Assembly: GCA_030141605.1 (NCBI GenBank)
Contig: JAQGDQ010001621.1
Location: forward strand, 1 to 32,361
DNA length: 32,361 bases
Direction of reading: 5' to 3'
Origin: Tubiluchus corallicola
Lineage: Eukaryota; Animalia; Priapulida
A program made the translations under genes and the position numbers. Within the stretch, counting starts at the first letter, position 1. The number at the start of each line of letters is the position of its first letter. The notes below the pieces were generated by a model, which saw nothing but the letters and a program-made list of their open reading frames with translations, ran no database searches and was not told the origin of the DNA. Positions 1 to 11,842 of the stretch are shown here, piece after piece.

Positions 1-1681
1 TTTTATGAAAGAATAAAGATGAGATTACGTATTACTGAATTATCGTGTTTAATAAATATATTATCTATCGTACAAATCAGTGGTTTTTTACAGTGCAGCC
101 AGCAAGAAGTGCAGACTTTCCGCTAGCTACCCGCTTTACAATTATAATCAACAACAGTCTATTGGAGTTGTTAGACTATTGGACTTTTATATTCTATCAT
201 CAAATCCTCTCTAAAATGTTTAAAAAATAGTGAAAATTTAACTTTATAACCTCTTACTTGCTGCTCTGCCTATAAACTGGTACTGCAATTGTTGGAGGAG
301 GGCGGTCAAGTTTCCCCGGGGCCCCTGATGAAGCGGACCACTTGGACCAATATGTGCAGAAAAGAAACGGACAGAAAAAAGGTCGTTTTACTTAACGTGA
401 CTATAATACCTTCAAACGTACCGTCAAAAAACTTCTATTTGATGTATGTCACCAAATGACCGATTCACTAGTAATAATATTACTTGCATAAATAACCTAG
501 CATTAAAGTGCAGTAACTATGTGCGCGAACGCGCATTCTGAACATTTCAACAAGGGCCACATTTATCAATGATCTCACGAATGCCTTTGTTCGTAAGATA
601 AATTACAAATGTCTGTCACTGGTAAGTAGTTAAAGCACAAGTAAACACTTTTAATAAATAAATCTTAAACATCTGTTTTGAAATTTTATATCACTTTCAT
701 GCTGTCTTATTGCATATAGAGCTTACATTAGCAGCAGTGCTGTATAAATCTTGTAAATTTAAACTCCCGCGTTAACCATTAGGCGCGACCACTTTAAAGG
801 AAGACCGGACGATTGTTTCGACTCAATCTCATTTTAATTTATTGTCCAAAATATACATTTCTTGCCTATAAAAGTTAACAATTGTTCCTTATATTTGAAT
901 AATTAGCTTAGAAAGTTAATTAACGGCAACAGAACACAGCTATTGCTTACGTCAGAAACTAATCACAGTTAGTGCAATGGCAGGCGTCTTCCCTTGCGCA
1001 TCAAGCACATTTGCACAAGTGTTGCAGTACTGTTTAAACGCATGATGTCAGGAAAAATGGGCTTTACATCATATGTCGTCAGAAACTAACACTGTAGTTC
1101 ATGATCATGCTTATCACGGTACCGCCTTCTATTTGTCCGCCACGCGAATGTGACAAAAAGGCGCCGCTGCCAATCTTAGTAGGTTCACTGAGCCGCGCGT
1201 AGCTTTGAAAGTTTAACGAAGTTTGAGTATCCATGGTAATTATTATTTAATCTAAGCTTTGATTTTAAAAAAGCTATTGTAATTTTCAATATTTTAAAGC
1301 ATTCTTTATTCTGAACTAATGTTTACACAAACTGGGATGGCGATGCGCTGCCATTTTACAAGGTTGCTCGAATATTCTAAATTATTAAGAATTTTCTTTC
1401 CCAATTATAGGCATTCATAAATGCAATCTGCAAAAGCTACATTTTAGTTAAGGTTGGCACATACGAATAACTATATTTGATTTTCAGTGTGTATACACAT
1501 AAAATAGTGTAAGCATTGTGAAATAAATATAGGCCTCATTGGTACTGTATCACGGCTATAACCATGATTTTTATGTAATAGTTTGTAAAAGATCTGCCTT
1601 TGCCCACTTAGCTTTATGCACATGTAAATCGCGGACGTGAACATGCAAGGTGTGTGATTGTAATTTTGATTTTTTTTCCAG

Positions 1682-1902
1682 AGATATGTTTGTTAACTCG
1701 TACACCACGTGTAGCGACTGCCCGGGCTGCCACTTATTGTAAGCTTTTCTCTTTATCCTACGAGCATTTCAATGACGTGATCGAAGAATACCCCGGATTA
1801 CGTAAAAATTTTGAGAAAACCATGAGCACTCGGCTAGATATGATCGGACTAGACAGTGAAGAATATGTCGTTGTGAAGAAAAAGCAACACGGCAAGAAAT
1901 GA
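1682..1902 (+). CDS. HCN: Terminal coding exon of an upstream HCN/Ih-like channel paralog (PBC and B/C helices of the CNBD plus short tail); the rest of the gene lies left of the window
   Basis: Polypyrimidine tract with ttttttccag acceptor ending at 1681. Phase-1 exon reads (E)[72 protein letters not shown]. Same length (221 nt) and phase as exon 22054..22274; 50/73 identical aa by hand count. Confidence 0.9.
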
Positions 1903-3352
1903 ATAAACTGTCAAGATCGGAAAGGTTTTGAGCGTTTTCTGTATTATATAATATTTCAGACGTAGGACATTTTTCCATTTTTATTAGATAATTTTTTACT
2001 GCAATGATTTTTACTACTGTTGTAGTTCTGCAGTTTTATCCTCCTGATTAGCGCAATACAGCTAAAAGTTACAAAATTTTTTTTGCACAATCTATGCTTG
2101 CTTAAAAGAAAAATGTCCGTCGCTTTTCTTAAAAGAAGGAAAAGACTTGCAATTAATGAGAGCTTATAAGCCATACTTACAATACCTTCAACGAAATCCG
2201 CTAAATTAAATTAGCAATTAGTTTCATTTAATTAAAACTGTTGAATAATTAATTATATTTTATATATAGGTCATGGTAGCGGCAACTACATGCATAGAAA
2301 ACCTGCGTTCGCCAACAATCGCTGAATGGTGACCAAAGTCGTGTCAAGGTTCACTGTTGTTACATGCTCTTAGTGTTGTCTACATTTACTATAAAGATGA
2401 GAATCATGAACGAGAATCACAAGAAGATACTAAAATGTAGACAAGTATATCAGCAGCCAAGACGTGCCAGTAGCATGTTTTTAGAATTAAACTGAAGGCT
2501 CAAATTGAATATTCTTAAAGGCTGCACAAGCCACCGAATTCTTCTTCGGATAATGAAAGCCGCGGTATCAATGAATGTGTTTTAAAAACAAAGAAAACGT
2601 TAATTTTCGCTGATGGTGTAAGATCATTTTAGTTTGAATTGGCGTATGAATTTTAGTTTCTTCAGCAACTGAACCTATATTGTTTAAAACGTTATACAAA
2701 ATTATTCCCTTAACGATTGACTCACAAGCTAAAATGCCGCATAAGTAATTAAGTATAAATTGTTTTTAGTTAAGTTTATAGGAAAAACGTTTGCATTGAA
2801 AAAATTATGTTACAAATAATTAAAAAGACAACAGTTGTAATGTCATTTAATGTTGTTAATGTCTCTTTCTGGGTTAGCGTTATAAGTATGCAGCAATGGA
2901 ATCAAGTTCGTGCAAGGTAAATAGAAAAATAAATATAAACTTACCATCTAAAAAGCAATTTTTATACGCATCGGCAGACTGCAAACTGGGATCCAACAGA
3001 AAAAGCATGGAAAGTTGTTGTGAGACCGGAATTTGGTTATTCTCGAGGAAAAGCTACAGTAGAATCAGACATTAAACAGGCACAGGCCCCAAACCATACT
3101 GGTGAGAAGGCAATAGAAGCCACTGATACTATGATGAGGTGCATATGGCATATTCGGATAGTTATAGCCGGGCCAAGTCATATTTACAGGCCAGGAATCT
3201 AGGGGTGAAAATTAAAGAAGCTTTGCAGCACACAGATCTCCATATGAGGACCAAGTGGTTGATACAGAATAAGATGGCATTGAGAGTGCTGGAACTAGTG
3301 AGGTGGATGTTTCTACTAGTGAAATCACTAAACAGAGTTTTTAATTTTGACC

Positions 3353-3580
3353 AGTTTTCCAAAGGTGTAAATAAAGCCATTTAGTGGTGATCCGATAAAA
3401 TACTATACCTTCATGTCGCTGTTTGATGAGACTGAGAACATGGTTGTCGCAGTTTCAACAGGGTAAATGGCTGATTCCATTTCTATATGTACCTCGATTG
3501 GTGGCGTTTCATGATGCAGAGAAGTACGTGTAGTTCTTTGCGTGCGACTGGTAATGACCATCTGGTTTCAGAGAAATAAT
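3353..3580 (+). mobile_element. Degenerate BEL/Pao LTR-retrotransposon gag (DUF1759-like) fragment
   Basis: Translates, with stops and a frameshift, as SFPKV*IKPFSGDPIKYYTFMSLFDET...TG*MADSISICTSIGGVS*CREVRVVL..GNDHLVSEK. This matches the P..F.GDP..Y..F...F / G.A...I..C / RFG pattern of BEL/Pao gag. The relic may extend from ~2960 to ~3700. Confidence 0.6.
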
Positions 3581-4499
3581 AATACAGGAGTGACAAGACA
3601 GTTGCCAGCATTTACAGTACTACAAAACCACTTTGAGTGCATGTTTTTGCTCATCTTATTGCTGCTAACAGAATGGCCTAGAGTATTCTAGCTGTGTTAT
3701 GAAGCATATATATACATATACATATAGAATGGGTTAAATTGTGGTTGAGTGAAGTTCGATAATTATAATTACAAGTTATAATAGATACCAAAGTTGAAAC
3801 GTTAAAAATTGAATTAAAAATGCGCTTAAATGTCCTCAAAATGCCTTGCCATGGAATGCAGGAAAAGATACACGGAACTTCGCTTTGAACATTTTCTGTA
3901 AAGGAAAAAGGATTAAATTGATTACTTATGGGATTAAAACCAAGAATCGAATTTAATTGCGTTTATTGACTAATATATTTTGGTCAACATTTACAGAATT
4001 ATTACGTATCGGAGTAACACATAAATCGATACGATTACATTAGTCCAATTAAGAAAGTGTACATGCGATCAGGATTAATTCATCAGTTGGTAATTTATAA
4101 CGTGTACTGAATTACCAATACATCATAATATCTCTAGCTACTGCATCAATGCACTAATTAGCATTGTTGTGGTTAAAAACTAATTGCAAACTACCAAATT
4201 TGGTGGACGGATATTCCAACTGAACAGCTGCCGATAGAGGACGCTTATGTTACATGAAACTCGGATTGAACAGGCAAATTCACGCCATTACAGAAACATA
4301 TCCAGTTTTGTCTAGAGGTCCTCTACCTGGTCTACCACCTGCCCGTCTCAATGCGGAGATTGTGTTCAGAAAGCCGAATACTTGTCCAGAAAATTCGATT
4401 AGTTTCATTAATATTAATTCGTGTCATATAAACATTATATGTCCTAAATTCAGGACTGCATAGTTTGTACAGTACACACTAATTTTACTGTTTTCATTT

Positions 4500-6260
4500 G
4501 TAGAAATTAAATCTTTACGTCTCGTAATGTCATTTTTTACAGTCACGTGGTTTTTCAATGACATTGTTTATGTACATAATCACAGGACTACGATGTTCTG
4601 ACGCTAAGTTATATGACAAAGGAGCAAAGTTATATGCAAATGACAAAGGAGCATATTTATCAGAGTTGCTAAAGAGTTTTGTAAAAAAATTAGTTTGTTG
4701 ACGTTTTACATATACTAATAATGATGGAAGCCCGATTTCAAGAAAACAGAGACCATTATGTGCAGAACGTCTAACTGAAAGACAATTCTTTAGACAATCC
4801 ATACACATCGTTGTCACCACTTTCAAATTCTCAGTTAAGTATTACTTTTTAAACTCAGAACGGGCATGCGAGATTGTATGAAGACTGCATTTTTAAGCTT
4901 ATAATTAAATTTCTCTCTACCATGTTCTTTCAAAGCTGAATATGTTTTCCCACCCGTCGTTATTACGGGACTTATTTACAGATGTACTGATCACCTTGGT
5001 TTATGGATTATGGATACGACACCACAATGAAGCGGTTCTCTATGAAGAACAGTGCCATTTATGATCATGAACTTGGTCTTAATGTTATTGATGATAATTC
5101 CATAGTCAAGGCAGAATTGATTCACGACTTTTAGTTTTTCTGCGCATCTGTTACGTATGGTTGCAAACAGGACTGAGTCGTCCATCATGAAGAGGCCATG
5201 TAACGCATCCAAAAACGAGTCATTGGCTAATTGTTTTAAACAGAGAATAAGTGGATTTATGAATAGCACAAACAAGAGAGACGAAGACGGAGCACCTTGC
5301 TTTATACCTACAGACATTGATGGCCATGCTCTTCAAGCAAGCTTGAGATGTGGTATACATAGCTTGTATAGTTCTAGTCATTGTTTTACCACAGCCCAGT
5401 TTCACGAGCTCTTCTGTTAATTTATGCCTAGGTGCTCTATCGAACGAAGTGCTGAAAATAACATAAAGTTGCTGTCTAAGTTTTTTTAGCGATTTCCATT
5501 AACAAACGGATAGCGAGGACAGTTCTGCGGAAGCACCTGTTTGTTCTGAATCTGGCGACCACCACATTTTAAGCCCTTCTTTTAGCAGACCGTCATATAC
5601 ACTATTAAGATTGATATCCCACGATAATTACTACACACTGCTTTATTGCCTTTTTTATGAAAAACAGTTAGCCTGGACATGCTCCAGAACTATGAGTAAG
5701 TGTCAGATATAAAAAGGCACCAGGTTAACCACACATAATAACTGGTGGATTATAGTCAACGTAGGCTGAAAAGCAGCGATTCGAAAGTAACAAAGTATTC
5801 TGCGTTAATGTTCATAGCCTTGACATGTTTTTTAGTTATTGTTTCTTTCTGCTTTACAATATCACCGTAGCTATCAAAGTTTCTCGCTGCATCCAGTAGG
5901 CGTTTCAAGCGGTAAATTTTGTCACAAGCATCTAAATTAATAGTCGCTATAATAGGCGCATGGTCAGATGCGAGCCGGACTGAGTTAAGTATACAAAACT
6001 AGTTAATTCTAGGCAAGGCACAGGAATTGCCTAGACAAAAATCGTCTTGGGAAATTCATTTACTTCAACGTCTAAACGTTAGCCCACGATCAAATTCCCA
6101 TTAAATTTTAAACGGTTAACTGGAACAAGAGCATTATCGCAACAGAGTTGCAATAAATTTCGCCCATTGCTATTAAAATTGGGATTTACGCCATAATCAA
6201 CCAGCAAACTTGTCGCTAACAATTGCCTTGAGTTAAAATCTCCAAACAATTTACGTGAGT
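4500..6260 (-). mobile_element. Degenerate non-LTR retrotransposon (LINE) ORF2: APE endonuclease, reverse transcriptase and C-terminal region
   Basis: Minus-strand motifs in the expected order: GDFNSR (~6240), NSNGRNLLQLC (~6160), SDHAPI (~5960), NYRGISI (~5620), FDRAPRHKL..L..LG (~5430), GIKQGAPSSSLLFVLFI, FMMDDSVLF, KTKFMII (ORF 4991..5317), then LSVRRSAHN..FLEIGLPSL (ORF 4530..4826). Many stops, frameshifts and deletions. Confidence 0.85.
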
Positions 6261-6602
6261 TAAAATCTATAAATACTGTCCAGCTTGCTGGCTTCTATGA
6301 GCTTGAAGAGTAACTGCACGTGCCTGTAAATTTACTTAAAGCAGGGAATTGTAACATCTAAGGGTAAATTTAGTTATTGCAAAATTATAATAAAATTATT
6401 AGAATGTCTAAACAAAGCAATAACTGATTTGCAAAAAAAGTTTATTTTTTACACCACAAATGTTCCAACACAGTACTGTAATTGGCCGAAAATGTGTTAA
6501 CCCTGTGTTCATTCGTAATTTTTGACAGGTTTCCAAAGCGGTGGGTGGATCCGCCTCCTGCACAGCTATACCCCGAATCTAATTATATAAAAAGCTAATA
6601 CA

Positions 6603-7040
6603 TTACAGTTTCAACTTCCACGAGTGGCAGCTGCACTCACGAGTAACAGCTCCATTCACAAGTAGCCGGATACGTTGGACATTGTGAGGATCAGAGCCAT
6701 CAGGGCCATACCAAACAACGTAAGCTGAAACAGTCCAAAGTAGCTTCCCAAACCATAAGTCTTGAAGATAACATCCGTTGTAGAAGGATGGTTCGTCTGG
6801 TTCAATCAAATCGACATCTGCGGGTAGTATTCACAGGGTAGTAGACTTCGTCTTGCATTCGTCTGGTCTGGAAAGCACCGTATCCGGAACTAAACAGGCA
6901 TCAGACTCCATACATACCTCTTGGCACCACGAAACGTCAACCTCATACAACTTGATGAGAAAAACGTCCAGAAAGGTGCTTTTTGCGCTATTCACAATGC
7001 AAAACGCAGTGGTAAAGTAAATCGTTTCCCTCATCAAATA
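6603..7040 (-). pseudogene. Putative terminal exon of a cysteine-rich, cystine-knot-like protein, interrupted by a single in-frame TGA
   Basis: Acceptor tctattacag at 7050..7041. One 146-codon frame with one internal TGA (6833..6831) joins ORFs 6831..7037 and 6603..6809. It has 8 Cys including VDVSWCQEVC and VTRECSC. AATAAA on the minus strand at 6446..6441. Confidence 0.4.
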
Positions 7041-8414
7041 CTGTAATAGACATAGACCAAGAACGTGTTAAAAACGCAGTGATTTCTCTGCATTAAACAT
7101 CTAAGAGAAAGCATCAACAAAAACGAAATAGTTAAAAAGCATTGTCTTGACCAGGCAACGTTCTGGACTAAGACATAAGACCACCATTTGGTTTTTTTCT
7201 CTATTATCAAAACTTAAGTAGCCGTGTAGACTTTTTCCAAGGTATAACCGATGGGATAACGCACATTTATGTGCGTTACATATGTATAGTGAATTTGAAA
7301 TTGTTTATTCTGAAAATAACAGTGACAATTATAAATTGTAATTTGATAATTTCGTTGCAATGGTATAGGCCCCAAAAACTTGCAGATTTCGCTAAAAGGT
7401 ATGAGACTTTAAACAATTCTAAATCTTATAGGCCAATCGAAAATCCATTTAGCCGACAAAATTGCTGTACAGAATGTTGCTGGTTTTATAGGTATATCAT
7501 AGCTGTTAAAACTGATAAAATGAAGACGTTAGTGGCTAAATATGATTTCATGTGGCCAAGTCAAAAAATCCACATCCTGATGCTTAAAAGCACCTGTGAC
7601 ATCAACACAATGACGACTTCAAGGCAGCTTCCAACTTCCAAGATATGGCTGCAGCCGCTCATGTAAAATATTAGCTATATTGCATGTTCGAAGGCAGATG
7701 ATTGGTATTTTTAGTTTACAGATAGTCTTTAAAGGTCAAGCTTTCAGGGTATTATCCAAAACAGCCGCCATTTTCAAGATGGCTGTTGCGAACTTAAAAA
7801 AGCCAAATCTTAGGCTATATGAAATTTTGAATGAAATAGCTCTGTGTCAGCGTTCCGTGCTGTTGAGTGGGCTCGACACTCGCAAAACCGTGGCAGTTTT
7901 GTGCGCTTTCTCATTCACCTGGCTTTGTTTTTAAATCATAACGGTGACATAACCTAAGCCTCCCCGCTGCACCTATTGTTGCGAATTTGCGAGTGATATC
8001 ACCGTGAATTCGATGATATTCTACTATCGCGGCAAAATTATTGTTAGAGTTAAATTCACAACTGATGTAGCAGTGCTATCTATCTATGTATATTATGGCA
8101 TAAGCACAAAATGAATGGTCGGCATAATGCGTTAAGCCTACTGGCTTCCTGCTTTTATAAAATTGTATATTTTATAAGGGAATAAATATAAGCAGATGTC
8201 CACAGTGCTAAGTCAGCGATTGTTGTTGAATGAGCACTATTTGTGAACACCATCCCCCTTCCAAACAATTAAATTCGGCACTCCCACGTATTCCCACAGC
8301 ACTACACCAAATACTGGTACTGGCAAGGTTAAAGATATGTTTTACAAAAGGAAAACATAAACGTTGGAAAAAGCATAAGTATTTGCATATTTTGCATGAT
8401 TAGACCTATAAGTG

Positions 8415-8729
8415 TGAAATGGATGCAAAACACCGGTATAGTGTGCTGACCAAAAGCTTCTTTATTCTGTAATACAATGATTAACAATTAGTTTAATTTG
8501 CATTGAGTAGAAGAGAGTTCATTGCATGATTAGATGTATGACTATAACTAAGAAAACTGATATAAAAATTATGTAAACTATATTGAAATTAATTAATAAT
8601 AACTTACGTTGTTAGAGCCTTTAATAGTTACAAAGACAGGAATGAGAACTCCAAGGCCTTAAGAACAACGATGTCATAACAATTAACTCGTAAGAAATTT
8701 AGAGTCATAATGCTCATCACAGACACAAA
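8415..8729. repeat. 315-bp direct repeat, copy 1
   Basis: tgaaatggatgcaaaacac...tgctcatcacagacacaaa matches 9298..9612 with about 8 substitutions and no indels by eye (~97%). Confidence 0.95.
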
Positions 8730-9297
8730 GTCTGGCTGTACCTCTTGCGCTTTTACGTTCTTTAATTTCCTGAACACTCATGATGCAGTTCACTATCCTA
8801 CTACAAAACAAATTGCTGAACAATATTAATTACATAGCATTACAAAGAAATAAATCAATATTTGGTATGGCATGAAGCGCCACTCGTGAATCTCTAACAC
8901 AGTACAAATTATATCAATCAGTAATAACTGTACGGAATGTCAAACACAAACTAGATAAACTAGCAATGTGCCAAAACAGATGATAAGGACAACAAAACTA
9001 TCAAAACCATTATAGCTGTAATATATTGGACAAAATAATTTGTACAAAATTCTTTAAAAACGTTTTCAGCATGAAATTAAACTGCTAAACGATATACAAA
9101 GTAGTAGATACAACATTACGCAGCGAAAAATCCCATTTCCGTTCAGCCAGGCACGGCGGTAGACTCAAAGCGTGTGTAACACAGGTGAGAGGGCAGATCT
9201 AGGTCGTTCTTGAGCCTACTCCATGTGACGTTCGTTGGCACCCTTGATCTCTTCTCCTGTCCTCCAGGTGTACTGACAACTGCTCAACAATAAAGGA

Positions 9298-9612
9298 TGA
9301 AATGGATGCAAAACACTAGTATAATGTGCTGACCAAAAGTTTCTTTATTCTGTAATACAATGATTAACAATTAGTTTAATTTGCATTGAGTAGAAGAGAG
9401 TTCATTGCATGATTAGATGTATGACTATAACTAAGAAAACTGATATAAAAATTATGTAAACTATATTGAAATTAATTAATAATAACTTACGTTGTTACAG
9501 CCTTTAATAGTTACAAAGACAGGAATGAGAACTCCAAGGCCTTAAGAACAACGATGTCACAACAATAAACTCGTAAGAAATTTAGAGTCATAATGCTCAT
9601 CACAGTCACAAA
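9298..9612. repeat. 315-bp direct repeat, copy 2
   Basis: Near-identical to 8415..8729, offset 883 bp. Confidence 0.95.
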
Positions 9613-10623
9613 AATAGAGCAATGGCGGAGAGAACCAAAAGACGGGTAAAATGTCGTACAACTACTATAGCTATAGCTCACAAAAGACCAAAATGCTAAT
9701 GTATTCAAGGATATTAGGTGCTTCAATTTTAAAAGAGTGACTACTGTAAAAGATAAAAAGTCTACTAAATAAACAAACAGGTGGCAGCACTGTGGCAGTA
9801 ACTAAATAAAAACCAAAAAGGGCCTATGCACCCGCTACACCGCCCCTCGTTAAATTGGCAATTTACGAACATTTAATGAATTGGGTTAACATGCTGATTT
9901 CCAAGGTAGTCCTGTTTACTGAACTCACGTCATCACTGAAAACTGAAAAGCAAACTCGCTACCAGAAAACTATTAACTCCTACAGGACAGCACCATTCAA
10001 AAATATAAAGCCGATTACTTTTCTGCTACTGTACGAGCACAGACATCTAATCATGCTGTTTGTTTAAACATTTATAAGCGATTTAATTGCACGAAATTAA
10101 GAAAAAAACATGCTCTTTTCAGGCATCCCAACTTAGCCTATTGAGTAGTTTAGTCTGGTGTACACTTACGTGGTCGTACACACTAATTTATTGATCAAAT
10201 GGTTGCTACAGCCCCAGCTGTACAGTGCTCTGCTGCTATTCCAAGAAAAACCAACCTATCGGCCAAGGATAAATTAAGATCGTTTCATCGTTTAACAGGA
10301 ATTTCCCCTTAAGAATAGTTTAGGTCAAAGTGTATCAGAGTGTGGTGACTGGATAGTTGAAATTTTGTGCGTTAGCCAATTTCATACAAGTGATACTGTA
10401 CGTTGTTACAGTACAAACACTGCAGTCACTAAAAGTTTTTTCCAATTTATTCGCCAAAAATCGATTTCTAATTTGTCTAAGGTAAGCAAATGCATTTCAT
10501 AAAAGGCAGCAAACGTTTACGATCCTGAAGGAGTTAAGCATTTTGTTGTTTTGGGAAACTGGGAAGTTTTTGGCTATTGATTTGGCTGGTACAGCCAGAA
10601 TTCATTGTTGCTCGGTTTTATTA

Positions 10624-10690
10624 TGACGTCAATCAGTTTTCTTGCACGTGACATGTACCACTGTACGTCGTGCTCCAGGTGGACTTCAGT
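10624..10690 (+). promoter_or_regulatory. Candidate promoter of the HCN gene: CRE, E-box and Inr-like motifs
   Basis: Perfect TGACGTCA at 10624..10631, TCAGTT at 10633..10638, CACGTG at 10645..10650 (GCACGTGAC) and TCAGT at 10686..10690. These lie just upstream of a GTAAGT donor (10729) and the acceptor at 10905. Confidence 0.4.
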
Positions 10691-10932
10691 GACGGGCAAC
10701 CATTAACAATAAGGCCATGCAAGGTTGAGTAAGTTCACGAAATCGTTGAATAAATTAATGACTAAACTGTGATTCTGTGGTCAAGAAACACGTTAATTAC
10801 TTTGCAATATTTCCTACGTTTCTGACTGTATGTCTTCGAATGTGCTTCTGGCAACGCATCAGTGCGTGGTATCGCAAAGTAAAATTTTGTTGTTTCTGCT
10901 TGCAGAACATAAAGTGTTTATACCTCCTTATA

Positions 10933-11189
10933 ATGCATTCTTCGTCGAAATCGTCAGGCACCAGCATAACTATGCCAACAAGCACTGGAGAGACCAGTCA
11001 ACAAGAGCACACTACGACAATAAAAAGTAGTCGCTTGACTGACATTCTTGATCGAATACATCGTCATTTTGAGCCATCCTACAGCAAACTTACTATTAAA
11101 TTAATTGGCGGACATAAAGCAATCGAGAGGGAGCGAAAACGTATGCGTTTAGCTAAAGTTTGGATTATTCACCCTCTTAGTACGTTTAG
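10933..11189 (+). CDS. HCN: HCN coding exon 1: Ser/Thr-rich N-terminus and HCN domain
   Basis: MHSSSKSSG...[42 protein letters not shown](R). Acceptor ttgcag ends at 10905; donor AG|gtaggt at 11190. The start Met is inferred (10972 is an alternative). Confidence 0.85.
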
Positions 11190-11811
11190 GTAGGTAATGT
11201 TTATACAACAATTACTGTAATATAAAATTATAGGATTAAAATAAATTTTAAGTACAGATAATAATCACAGTGTTACAAATTTTTTTCTAGACCACTACGT
11301 GATTTACGTGGACACAATTCTAAATTATTTGTACAATACTCTCGCACTAATATCAGAGCCATTTTATTCACTTCTCATATTGAGGGCATTTGGAATTCAC
11401 TTAATAGTTATAGAGCTGACTCATCAAATCTGCCGTAATTTCGCAAATTGATGAGGACAGACCGTCGATAACCCTGTTATGATTCAGTCTCTTAGACTTC
11501 GCAAGCAAGTAACGCTGATAATGATATATATGTGTTATTTTATTTTAATTTTTTTATTTCACATAAAGGTTACGTAAATGTGGTTTTGGTTTAACTGCCT
11601 CCAACAGTTATATTGATAAAACAGCTAGCTTACAGGGGTGGTTCACTATTGTCTACGTCTATGATCTTACAAAATACAAATTTACGCACTCATGGTTATG
11701 CATTCTATCCTGCGTTACTCACACTGCATGCGACGTCATACAGTGCGATACATGTACAGCATTTGAATAATTGAAATTTTGTAATTATTAGTTCTTGTTA
11801 TTTTCGTTACC

Positions 11812-11842
<31 letters not shown>

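Noticed and set aside
1682-1902. Alternative last exon of the downstream HCN gene, or an assembly/haplotype duplicate
   Set aside because: It lies upstream of that gene's first exon, and ~32% aa divergence is far too high for an allele or misassembly.
4204-4388. Small imperfect inverted repeat (tggacggatattc / gaatacttgtcca), possible MITE
   Set aside because: Arms are too short and degenerate and there is no TSD, so it cannot be supported without other copies.
6831-6833. Selenocysteine reading of the in-frame TGA
   Set aside because: No redox CxxU/UxxC context and no SECIS recognised by eye. A nonsense mutation is more parsimonious, so Sec is left only as a check.
7271-7934. 131-aa and 84-aa plus-strand ORFs
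   Set aside because: No recognisable motif or splice context. The region has gccattttcaagatggc-type motifs typical of non-coding DNA-element bodies, but no termini could be defined.
8415-9612. Paired LTRs of a TRIM or mini-retrotransposon
   Set aside because: No matching TG...CA termini with TSD, and no clear PBS or PPT found. Treated as a local duplication.
10777-10932. N-terminal extension of exon 1 given by the ORF track (GTG start, MVKKHVNY...)
   Set aside because: It runs through a polypyrimidine tract and acceptor at 10905, and uses a non-ATG start. It is intron/UTR sequence.
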